Assembly (NCBI GenBank): GCA_965223265.1
Contig: OZ244999.1
Span: 32,001 to 96,000 of the forward strand
Source of the DNA: Planctomycetota bacterium
Lineage (GTDB): Bacteria > Planctomycetota > UBA8108 > SXIK01
Length of the DNA stretch: 64,000 bases
Reading direction: 5' to 3'
In this document: one piece after another, positions 8,746 to 17,297 of the stretch
Layout of the letters: each line of letters starts with the position of its first letter
Position numbering within the stretch: position 1 is the first letter of the stretch
The notes under the pieces: model-generated
Told to the model about the DNA's origin: nothing
What the model saw: only the letters and a program-made list of their open reading frames with translations
Databases searched by the model: none
Program-made: the position numbers and the translations under genes

Positions 8746-11073
8746 ATGAGGCACGAAGACACGCAGCGAACTGCGGCATCGAAGCGGAGCGTCACGCGGG
8801 CGAGACAACCCGTGCGCCGCGACACAGCCATCGAAGAGTGGCCCGACGCCGGGATAGTCGTCTACGGCGGTCCCGGCGACCCACAGCCATCGGTCCGCGT
8901 CGAAGCCGGGCGCATCGTGGAAATCGATGGTCGAACAGAGTCTGAGTTCGACATGATCGACCACTTCATCGCGCTTCACGCCCTCGACGCGGAGGTGTGT
9001 GAGGAAGCGATGGCGCTGGCGCCGCTCGAGCTTGCGAAGCGTCTTTTTGATCCCGCGACTCCTGCGTCTGAAGTGCGTCGCCTCTTTTCAGGTTTGACTC
9101 CGGCGCGCCTGGTCGAGGTGATCTGGCAGCTGGACGTCTTGGAGATGATGTTGGCGCTCCGCAAGATGCGACTTCGTGAACGCGTCGCCAATCAGGCGCA
9201 CGTCACGAATCGGCGCGAGCATCCGGCTCTCCTAGCGGCTGACGCTGCTGAGGCGGCGCGACGCGGCTTTGCCGAGGTCGAAACTACGGTGGGCGTTGCG
9301 CCTCTTGCGCCGCTCAATGCGATCGCGACTCTGATCGGTGCTCAGGTCGGTCGCCCGGGTGTACTCACACAAGCAGCTGTCGAAGAGAGCGTCAACTTGC
9401 GTCTCGCCCTCAAAGGGCTTGTCAGCTACGCGGAGACACTGTCGGTCTACGGCAGCGCCCAAGCGTTTCGCGACGGCGATGACACGCCTTGGTCGAAGTC
9501 GTTTCTGGCCGCAGCTTACGCGTCGCGGGGTGTCAAGGTACGCTTCACTTCCGGCAGCGGTTCCGAGGTTCTCATGGGACACGCCGAGCGCTGCTCGATG
9601 CTCTATCTTGAAGCGAGGTGTCTCCTTTGCATCAAGGGAGCCGGCAGCCAAGGCGTTCAAAACGGTGCGATCAGCTGCATCGCGCTGCCGCTGGCGCTAC
9701 CAGCCGGAATCCGCGCCGTCCTGGCGGAGAATCTCATGGCCTCGAGCCTGGGGCTTGAGCTGGCGAGTGGCAACGACGCGCTCTCGTCGCACTCAGACTT
9801 GCGCAAGTCGGCGAAGCTTATGCTGCAGTTTCTGCCGGGAACGGACTTCGTCACGTCGGGATACAGCCTCATGCCGCGCGGCGACAATCTCTTCGGCGGA
9901 GGGAACTTCGACGCAGACGATCTCGACGCGTGGACATCTCTGCAGCGCGACTTTCAGATCGACGGCGGCATAACGCCGGTAGCCGAAGACGAGATCGCTT
10001 GTGTTCGGAGGCGCGCGGCGCAGGCGATTCAATCGGTTTACGACGAGCTTGACCTGCCAGCGGTCGGCGACGACGAAGTCGAAGCCGCGGTGCTGGCATA
10101 TGACAGTACCGATTTGCCGGCGCGCAGCCTGGCGGATGACTCGGTTGCCGCGGAGAAGTTCTTTCAGTCCGACGCGACGATTGTCGATCTTGCCGCAGCG
10201 CTCGCTCGTCGTGGCTATGAGCCGGAGGCGCGCGCCCTACTGGCGCTGGCCAGGCAGCGCGCAGCGGGCGACTATTTGCAGCCGGCGGCGATCCTCTCGC
10301 GGCGCGGAGACGATCTGGTCGCCGAGAGTGCGATCAACACGCCGCTCGATTACCACGGTCCGGGCAGCGGGTACCGCGTCGCCGGTCAGCGTTGGGATGA
10401 GCTGAAGGACCTGCCGCACGCCAGCGCTCCTGCAGCGCTGGTTGGTGGAGGTCAAGACAACGATTTGCTCTTCGACGAGCTCGAGCCCGCCGCGGCGGGT
10501 CGAGACGTGGAAGTCGTCGTCGCGGTCGGGCCAGCGTTTGCTCGACACTTGTGGACGACGCTTGCGGGGTTGAGCCATCGCGAAGTCATCGCCGCGCTGT
10601 TGACAGGTGTTTCGGCGGAAGATGTTCACTGTCGCTTCGTGCGCGTGCTCGACACCGCCGACTGTGCGTTTTTGGGGCACCATGCCGCCCAGATTTCCGG
10701 CTCCGGAATCGCCGTCGGTCTTCAGTCTCGCGGTACGGCGGTGATTCATCGTCGTGACCTAGCCCCGCTCGACAACCTCGAGCTTCTCAGTCAGTCTCCC
10801 AACGCGTCGGTGGAGACGTATGTGGCGCTTGGACGGAACGCCGCTCGCTACGCCAAGGGACTGTCGCCTGAGCCTGTGCCTATTCGTATTGACAATACTG
10901 CCCGCTTGAAGCACATCGTCCACACAACGCTCATGCACCGCGTTGAAGTTGACGCGGTGCGGGCGGGCGCGCCGCCGATCGAGCTTCGACTGCGCGACGC
11001 CGCGTTGACAGCCGCAGCTGACGCCGCCCCAATACCACCAACACCGACGTCGCGTGGGGAGGGCGAAGGGTAA
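8746..11073 (+). CDS. pduC: Adenosylcobalamin-dependent diol/glycerol dehydratase, fused large (alpha) + medium (beta) subunits
   Basis: ORF track 8695..11073; likely ATG 8746. Alpha motifs NQAHVTN, AEVETTVGV, YAETLSVYG, DGDDTPWSKSFLAAAYASRGVKVRFTSGSGSEV, QNG; after a short linker the beta subunit EVVVAVGPAF...SGSGIAVGLQSRGTAVIH...LDNLELL...LGRNAARYAKGLSPEPVP. Confidence 0.93.
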   Translation: MRHEDTQRTAASKRSVTRARQPVRRDTAIEEWPDAGIVVYGGPGDPQPSVRVEAGRIVEIDGRTESEFDMIDHFIALHALDAEVCEEAMALAPLELAKRLFDPATPASEVRRLFSGLTPARLVEVIWQLDVLEMMLALRKMRLRERVANQAHVTNRREHPALLAADAAEAARRGFAEVETTVGVAPLAPLNAIATLIGAQVGRPGVLTQAAVEESVNLRLALKGLVSYAETLSVYGSAQAFRDGDDTPWSKSFLAAAYASRGVKVRFTSGSGSEVLMGHAERCSMLYLEARCLLCIKGAGSQGVQNGAISCIALPLALPAGIRAVLAENLMASSLGLELASGNDALSSHSDLRKSAKLMLQFLPGTDFVTSGYSLMPRGDNLFGGGNFDADDLDAWTSLQRDFQIDGGITPVAEDEIACVRRRAAQAIQSVYDELDLPAVGDDEVEAAVLAYDSTDLPARSLADDSVAAEKFFQSDATIVDLAAALARRGYEPEARALLALARQRAAGDYLQPAAILSRRGDDLVAESAINTPLDYHGPGSGYRVAGQRWDELKDLPHASAPAALVGGGQDNDLLFDELEPAAAGRDVEVVVAVGPAFARHLWTTLAGLSHREVIAALLTGVSAEDVHCRFVRVLDTADCAFLGHHAAQISGSGIAVGLQSRGTAVIHRRDLAPLDNLELLSQSPNASVETYVALGRNAARYAKGLSPEPVPIRIDNTARLKHIVHTTLMHRVEVDAVRAGAPPIELRLRDAALTAAADAAPIPPTPTSRGEGEG

Positions 11074-11468
11074 TGGCAAATCAGTATCCGCTCTATGAGC
11101 ACTCGCGCGACACGCTTCGATTGCCGAATGGTCGGCCGATCAGCGCGGTGTCGCTTGAAGCCCTGCGGTGCGGAGATGTTGGCTCGGATGCCATCGGCAT
11201 TCGCGCCGAGACGCTTCTGGAGCAAGCGCGCATCGCGGCGGAGTCCGGGTTCGCGCAGCTCGCCGAGAATCTGCGCCGTGCCGCCGAGCTTGCGTCGGTT
11301 CCAGACGAGGAGGTCTTGAAGCTCTACGAAGCGTTGAGGCCCGGTCGCAGCACGAGCGCCGAGCTTGAGGCGCTCGCGACACATATTGAGACGCAGTACG
11401 CTGCACCACTGACCGCAGCGTTTTTTCGTGAAGCCGCGGCCTTCGGAGTTTCGCCGGAGGCTTCATGA
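11073..11468 (+). CDS. pduE: Diol/glycerol dehydratase small (gamma) subunit
   Basis: YPLYEH...ETLLEQARIA...QLAENLRRAAELASVPDEEVLKLYEALRPGRST...YAAPLTAAFFREAA; TAATG stop/start overlap with the upstream gene. Confidence 0.93.
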   Translation: MANQYPLYEHSRDTLRLPNGRPISAVSLEALRCGDVGSDAIGIRAETLLEQARIAAESGFAQLAENLRRAAELASVPDEEVLKLYEALRPGRSTSAELEALATHIETQYAAPLTAAFFREAAAFGVSPEAS

Positions 11469-11589
11469 TCCGTGGCGCGGCGCGGGCATCGAGATGTCGA
11501 TCCAGTTCGCCTGTGGGTTCTGCACGTCGATGTGAAGGACCCACGGGCGAGTCGCCGCATCAAAGATGCGTGATTCGGTGGAGTCATCG

Positions 11590-12723
11590 ATGAGATTCAG
11601 TTTCGCCCTTTTGGTCGGTCTCGCGTCGTTCGAACTCATCACCAGTGCTTTAGGATGCTGTTCCATGGCAGCTAGCGAAGTGAAATCGCCTGTTCGCAGC
11701 GACGAAGAGGTGCTGCTCTACCCGACGTACGGAGCCCTCTCTCCGGATGGTCGCGACTGGGTGTTCTCGCTCCATGGACGCATCTACGAGCCCGAGGAAA
11801 ATAGCCTCAAACGTGCCGCGTTGCTGTCACTTTTGAGACGTGCGATTGGTCTTGAGAAACGCGCGTCCGAGACGGAGGCGTTTCGCGAGAGAGCGCGCCT
11901 GTTCCTTGTCGACAACGAACGCGGCAAACGTGTCCCGGTGCGTTTCGGTGAACGCGAATTGCGGCTGCGTGCGTCGCGGCCGAATGGGCATTTTACCGAC
12001 ACCGGACGCCTCGGTGTTGTTGACGCGGAAAAGGTCAGCGACACAATGGCCGGCGGCCACCAGCTACGAGTCGAAACTATTTTGCGACCGGGCGATGCGC
12101 GACGTTTCGTCGGACGTATCCATCTGCTGCCGCGAGACGGCCTGAGCGTGGTTTCAGACATCGACGACACGATCAAGATCAGCGAGGTGCTCGACCGCGA
12201 CGCCCTGCTCCGCAACACCTTTCTAGAACCATACGCGGCCGTCGATGGAATGCCTCGCCTTTACAAGGACCTTGCCAAGGGCGGCGCCAGTTTTCACTAT
12301 GTCTCGAATTCGCCATGGCAGCTCTATCAGCCGCTCGACGAGTGGGCGCGCCAAGCGGGATTTCCTCTCGGAACCTACCACCTGCGCCATTTTCGCTGGA
12401 AGGATAGCAGTTTCGTTCGTTTCGTGGCCAGTAGCGGAAGTCACAAAAAAACGACGATCGAAGCGTTGATGAGAACGTATCCGCAGAGGCGTTTTCTTCT
12501 CGTTGGCGACTGTGGCGAGCAGGACCCTGAGATCTACGGCGACCTGGCGCGGCGCCACCCTGGGCAGATTGTGATGATCCTACTGCGCGAAGTGCGAGCC
12601 GAGGGGACGAACAGCGAGCGCCTCGAAACTGCTTTGCGCGAAGTGCCGCATCAAAAGTGGCGCGTTTTCACCACGCCGGGGGAAATCGACGCCGAGTCGC
12701 TGACTGCACTGACCGGCCGATGA
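11590..12723 (+). CDS. App1 family phosphatidate phosphatase-like protein (DUF2183, HAD-like), with signal peptide
   Basis: SDIDDTIK (DxDxT), FHYVSNSPWQLY, LVGDCGEQDPEIYG motifs; hydrophobic N-terminus from ATG 11590 (ORF track starts 11566). Confidence 0.85.
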   Translation: MRFSFALLVGLASFELITSALGCCSMAASEVKSPVRSDEEVLLYPTYGALSPDGRDWVFSLHGRIYEPEENSLKRAALLSLLRRAIGLEKRASETEAFRERARLFLVDNERGKRVPVRFGERELRLRASRPNGHFTDTGRLGVVDAEKVSDTMAGGHQLRVETILRPGDARRFVGRIHLLPRDGLSVVSDIDDTIKISEVLDRDALLRNTFLEPYAAVDGMPRLYKDLAKGGASFHYVSNSPWQLYQPLDEWARQAGFPLGTYHLRHFRWKDSSFVRFVASSGSHKKTTIEALMRTYPQRRFLLVGDCGEQDPEIYGDLARRHPGQIVMILLREVRAEGTNSERLETALREVPHQKWRVFTTPGEIDAESLTALTGR

Positions 12724-12771
12724 TCTTCTCGAGCATATCCCATCTCGGCTTTAGAAACCGTTCAGATTCAG

Positions 12772-13935
12772 CTAGCGCAAGGGCGACACTGAGCGACGCG
12801 ATTCCGGCAGGCGGCCATCGTTCTTTGCCCGGCGCTTGAGGAACGCAAGCCGATAACGCTCCTGCATGCTGCGTTCCTGCGGCTGGCGCACGATCCAAGA
12901 ACCACTCGGGGTCGTCAGCCTGACGTGGTGGCCAGAACTGCCGCCAATCGCTGCCAACTTCGGCGCGGCGTGCTGTCCTAGCATCACGTTCCCTTGTGGA
13001 ACTTCGCGCAAGCGCACCAAGGTCTTCTGGAGAGGGACGCGCGTCGGCTCGCCGCGGTGCGGGCCTCCAGGCGAGTGACCGCGCGCACGCATGCGACGGA
13101 ACGTGATTTGCGGGAGACTCGTCCACGTTCCCGAACTCAGGTTCGACCACTCCAGACGAAAAGAATCGGCCGTGTCAGCGAAGGTGACGATGAGCGTGTC
13201 GTCCGCCAGGCGACCGGTCGACCAATTCGTGTGACGGCCGGCGTCGCGCTGAGAGTGCGTCATGGACGACAGCGTTAGCACCCAGTCTTCGTTGTTGACG
13301 CTTCCCGGCGCGTAAAGATGATAGCGGCCCATCGACCAAGTGGAGCTCTTGTGGCGACGGTCCTGGGAGACGTGGACGCTCTCGATTTCTACGGTGCCGA
13401 ACTCGGTTGCGTCCTCACTGAACGCTATCTGTTTGTTGATGCTGCTGCGGAATCGGATGTGCCACTGTGTGGAGGCATCTTGTCGACCAGTGAATGCGCC
13501 TGCGAGTATGTTCCGCTTCACCACCGGTTGCTTTCGCGCCCGGCGGATTTGAGGTGGAGCGAGAGGGTCGCGCTCGAGGGATTCACCGAGGAGGACGGTT
13601 CGAACGTCGCTGCGTCGTAGCCTCTCGCGCGCGAACGTGACGTCATCGTGTTTGACGAAGAAGACAAGCTCGTCGCCGTAGGCGCGCAGAAAATAGACCT
13701 CGACACGGCGGCCGTCTTTGAGAACCAGCACGTCGGAGTTCGGCTGCACCTCGAACTCTTTCATCTCGAAGCGGCTTTGCAACTCGTCTGGGATCATGTC
13801 CGGATGCACGCCTTCAACTGGGGCCGCCATCTCCTCGGGCTGCGAGCTTTGACCTCGAACTGGCGAATTCAGGATGATGGAACCCGCCGTCATCACGGCA
13901 GCGATGATCGCGACTCGATGTACCCTTGAGTTCAT
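12772..13935 (-). CDS. Hypothetical secreted protein
   Basis: ORF track 12772..14007; likely ATG 13935 (MNSRVHRVAIIAAVMTAG...) after a GGGGAC RBS; DVLVLKDGR motif; no recognised family. Confidence 0.65.
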   Translation of the reverse strand: MNSRVHRVAIIAAVMTAGSIILNSPVRGQSSQPEEMAAPVEGVHPDMIPDELQSRFEMKEFEVQPNSDVLVLKDGRRVEVYFLRAYGDELVFFVKHDDVTFARERLRRSDVRTVLLGESLERDPLAPPQIRRARKQPVVKRNILAGAFTGRQDASTQWHIRFRSSINKQIAFSEDATEFGTVEIESVHVSQDRRHKSSTWSMGRYHLYAPGSVNNEDWVLTLSSMTHSQRDAGRHTNWSTGRLADDTLIVTFADTADSFRLEWSNLSSGTWTSLPQITFRRMRARGHSPGGPHRGEPTRVPLQKTLVRLREVPQGNVMLGQHAAPKLAAIGGSSGHHVRLTTPSGSWIVRQPQERSMQERYRLAFLKRRAKNDGRLPESRRSVSPLR

Positions 13936-14072
13936 GTCCCCTGTTCCTTTCAGGCAGCCGGTTGGTCGAGAAAAGCACCGCCCTGTTGTCCGTTTCGACG
14001 GTGACACGCCGCGCGGGATTCACGAGAATATAGGGGGGAGTCTCAAGTGTAACTCACAGCAGGAGATAGTCG

Positions 14073-14915
14073 ATGATCCTGGAGATCCAGGACGCCACCC
14101 TCCACAGCTTCACAACTCACTTTCGCCTGGCGACGCCGGCTGCCCTCGGCGGCGCGCCGCCCTCAATTCAGCTGGAGGCCATCTCTCGAGCGTTCGCGCA
14201 GATTCCCTATGAGAACCTGACGAAGGTGATCGCGCGGTCGCAGCGCTGCGGTGAGACAGCGTTCCGGCTGCCGGACGAGGTCCTTCTCGATCATTTCGCC
14301 CACGGCACGGGTGGCACCTGCTTTTCGTTGACGGCGGCGATGCTCGCCGTGCTCCGCTCGCTGGGCTGGCGGGCGGAGCCGATTCTCGCCGACCGCCACT
14401 ACGGCGCGGACACGCACTGCGCCCTCTTGGTCTGGGTCGACGGCGTGCCCCATCTTCTCGATCCTGGCTACCTGATTCTGCAGCCGGTGCGAATCGATGT
14501 GGCAGCTGCGACGACGATCCATACAGCGTTTAGCGAGCTCCGACTGGAGCCGCTGGCGAGTGGCGCTCGATTGCAGCTGTCGACCGTCCAGAAACACGGG
14601 CTGACGCCACGATTGACGTACAAGACTGCGGCCGTCGACCCGGGTGACTTTCAGCGTGCGTGGGCGCGGTCGTTCGACTGGGACATGATGCGCTACCCTG
14701 TCCTCACGTGTGTTGCCGGCGATTCCCAGATCTATCTTCAAGGCAGGCGTCTTCAACGGCGCGATCACACAGGTGCGACGCGGCGTGAGCTGTCAGATGC
14801 GGAGTTGACGACAGCGATGAAGGAGCAGTTCGGCATCGAAGCGACCATTGCAGCGCGCGCGCTGCGGATCCTCGAGAAGCAAGGAGAGTTCGGTGGCCGT
14901 ACCACGCCCTCCTGA
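14073..14915 (+). CDS. Arylamine N-acetyltransferase family protein
   Basis: IPYENL, GGTCF (Cys), HCAL (His), LLDPGY (Asp) catalytic triad; AGGAG RBS. Confidence 0.88.
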   Translation: MILEIQDATLHSFTTHFRLATPAALGGAPPSIQLEAISRAFAQIPYENLTKVIARSQRCGETAFRLPDEVLLDHFAHGTGGTCFSLTAAMLAVLRSLGWRAEPILADRHYGADTHCALLVWVDGVPHLLDPGYLILQPVRIDVAAATTIHTAFSELRLEPLASGARLQLSTVQKHGLTPRLTYKTAAVDPGDFQRAWARSFDWDMMRYPVLTCVAGDSQIYLQGRRLQRRDHTGATRRELSDAELTTAMKEQFGIEATIAARALRILEKQGEFGGRTTPS

Positions 14916-15441
14916 TCCAGTGAAGGTGGTTGCAGCCATCCTTTGGTCCCCAGCGGCTGATCTGGACGCGTTGAAGGAACGTATCGCGCGCACGTGGGGA
15001 CGGATCGATTTTGAAGGTCCTGATCGACCGTTTGTTGTCACGGAGTACTACGCCCCGGAGATGGGACTAGACCTGAAGCGGCGCTTGGTTTCGATCGACG
15101 TTCTTGTGGCCCCCGAGGATCTCATCGAGCTGAAGAGGCAAGCGAATGCTATGGAAGATGCCTGCAGCGGCGTGCGTGGGCGGCTGGTGAACATCGATGT
15201 TGGATACCTCGACTATCACAAGCTCGTTCTAGGGTCGGGGAAGTTTGACGCGCAGAAGATTCATTTGGGTGACGGGATCTACGCTGATATTGTCTGTCGC
15301 TACTCCGAGGGGAAGTTTCACCCGTACGAGTGGACGTTCCCGGATTTTCGTGAGCGACTTTACGACGATGAGCTGCTGGCGATGCGGCGTCTCTACAAAG
15401 CACAGTTGCGCATCCTGAGGGCCGGTTCCGATGTGGTGTAA
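14893..15441 (+). CDS. DUF4416 family protein
   Basis: TEYYAPEMG, RLVNIDVGYL, KIHLGDGIYAD, YEWTFPDFR motifs; GTG start 14893 after AAGGAG, overlapping the upstream gene. Confidence 0.85.
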   Translation: MAVPRPPDPVKVVAAILWSPAADLDALKERIARTWGRIDFEGPDRPFVVTEYYAPEMGLDLKRRLVSIDVLVAPEDLIELKRQANAMEDACSGVRGRLVNIDVGYLDYHKLVLGSGKFDAQKIHLGDGIYADIVCRYSEGKFHPYEWTFPDFRERLYDDELLAMRRLYKAQLRILRAGSDVV

Positions 15442-15532
15442 TGTTCTCCGCCGGGCTGCAGGTGGCGTGGGCGAGCATCGCTCCACGCACCGTCGCAAGA
15501 CTCCGCGCGGTTGCCTTGAGAGACCGTCGACC

Positions 15533-17293
15533 ATGGGGCGGCGAGGCGTCTGCACCGTCGCTGAGCCGTCACCGGGACGCGGCCGGCAGTCGCTGTGCGA
15601 CGCGCTGTTTTTGCCGGCGCTTTTGTCGTTTTGTGTTTCTTGCGTTCCGTCGCCGCCGACTCTGCCACCACGACTTCCGCCCGCACCGACGCTCGACTGG
15701 ACCCAGTTCGAACCCGCGGTGCGCGAGCAGTTACAGCGTGCCGCAAAGGCAGCAGGTGACACGCGCGCGGCCGCGGTGGCAAACGCGCACATGGCGAAGC
15801 TTCTGATCGCGTACGGCTGGAACGAGCAGGCCATGCTCTACCTGCGTCGCGCCGTAGTGCTGAAAGAGGACGAAGAGAGTTGGTGGTACTTGAAGGGGCG
15901 CCTCGAGGCGAAGAGTGGGAATCTCGACGCGGCGAAGCTGTCGCTGGAGCGCGCTCTTTCCATCTCCGAAACTCTGCCGACGCTTCTGACGCTCGGGCGG
16001 GTCGCGCTCGATGCGAACACTCTGGAGGGAGCTCACCGTTGGTACCGCCGTGCCGTCGAGTTGTCGCCGGATTCCCCGCACGCTCACGAGGGTTTAGCGC
16101 AGGTCCTGCTGCGAAGGGGCGAGCACGCCGAGGCACAGAAGGAGTTCTTACGCGCGCTGGAGAAGGAGCCTCGCTATGCGCGGGCGCACTACGGCCTGGC
16201 GCGCCTCTACCAATTGCAGGGCGCTCGCGCCGAAGCGTTCGAAGCGCTCAAGGCGTTCGAGACTGGCATCAAGGATCTTCCCTACTCCGATCCGGTTTGG
16301 GAATCCGTTCAATCGCTCAAACTCGACGCTGACCATCTCTTTCGGCAGGCGAATTCTCTCCTTAAGGCAGGACGATTCGACGACGCGATCGCTGCGTACA
16401 AGGAAGCCCAGGGGCGGAATGATCATCTGCCGCTCGCTGACTACAACATTGGTTTGGCGCTGCAGAAGTCCGGCAGGGCGGCCGAGGCGATCACCTACTT
16501 CGAGCGCTTTCTTGAGAAGCGACCAAGATACGTGGAGGCGCACAACAACTTGGCGCTCTGCTTGTTCGAGCTCGGACGCTATTCAGAATCTTTGACTCAC
16601 CTCGAGCGAGCAGTTGAGATCGAGCCGCGGTACGCTCGTGCGCTCTTTAACCTTGGCCTCGTTCACGAGCAGCGAGGTGACATAGATGCGGCCGTCGCGT
16701 CCGTACGCCGTAGTCTGGAGCTGCGCCCGAATCACGCTGAGGCCCACTTCACACTCGGACGGCTTCTGGAGCGAAGCGATCGAAAGCAAGCCTTCGAGCA
16801 CTACCTTGTGGCGATCGCGCTACGACCGCTCGATGAGCGCATCCAACAGCGCTTCCTTGCTGCCCCCGGCGAGCCGCTGTCGGCGCGAGGCTTTCCTCTA
16901 CGCGGCGAACCATTTCAGCGCCTCGCGGACTTTCTGCGCCAGAGGAAACTGAGCGAAGCGGCCATCAGCGTTCTTCGCGTCGGTCAGCGTGAGGTGCCGG
17001 AGGACGCTCCGACTCGCGTGTTTCTGGCATGGGTCTTAGCGACAACGTCCGTCGATCGACTGCGGAAGCCGGCCGAGAGCCTCGAGATTTTGCGCCCGCT
17101 GCGAGCCAAGCTCGAAGACGATCCTCGGTTTCTCGATGTCGTCGCTGCGGCTCAAGCTGCCGTTGGCGAGTTCGCTGGCGCAGTTGGAACCGCCGAGAAA
17201 GCGATGAGCCTGGGTCGAGAGAAGGGCTTGCCGATTGCCGAGATTGAACGTCGCTTGTCACTCTACCGCCAGAACAAGCCGTATCGCGAGTAG
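15533..17293 (+). CDS. Tetratricopeptide repeat protein, probable lipoprotein
   Basis: Many TPR motifs (AHYGLARLY, AHNNLALCL, ALFNLGLVH, AHFTLGRLL); lipobox-like FCVSC. Start uncertain (ORF track 15431). Confidence 0.85.
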   Translation: MGRRGVCTVAEPSPGRGRQSLCDALFLPALLSFCVSCVPSPPTLPPRLPPAPTLDWTQFEPAVREQLQRAAKAAGDTRAAAVANAHMAKLLIAYGWNEQAMLYLRRAVVLKEDEESWWYLKGRLEAKSGNLDAAKLSLERALSISETLPTLLTLGRVALDANTLEGAHRWYRRAVELSPDSPHAHEGLAQVLLRRGEHAEAQKEFLRALEKEPRYARAHYGLARLYQLQGARAEAFEALKAFETGIKDLPYSDPVWESVQSLKLDADHLFRQANSLLKAGRFDDAIAAYKEAQGRNDHLPLADYNIGLALQKSGRAAEAITYFERFLEKRPRYVEAHNNLALCLFELGRYSESLTHLERAVEIEPRYARALFNLGLVHEQRGDIDAAVASVRRSLELRPNHAEAHFTLGRLLERSDRKQAFEHYLVAIALRPLDERIQQRFLAAPGEPLSARGFPLRGEPFQRLADFLRQRKLSEAAISVLRVGQREVPEDAPTRVFLAWVLATTSVDRLRKPAESLEILRPLRAKLEDDPRFLDVVAAAQAAVGEFAGAVGTAEKAMSLGREKGLPIAEIERRLSLYRQNKPYRE

Positions 17294-17297
17294 CGCC

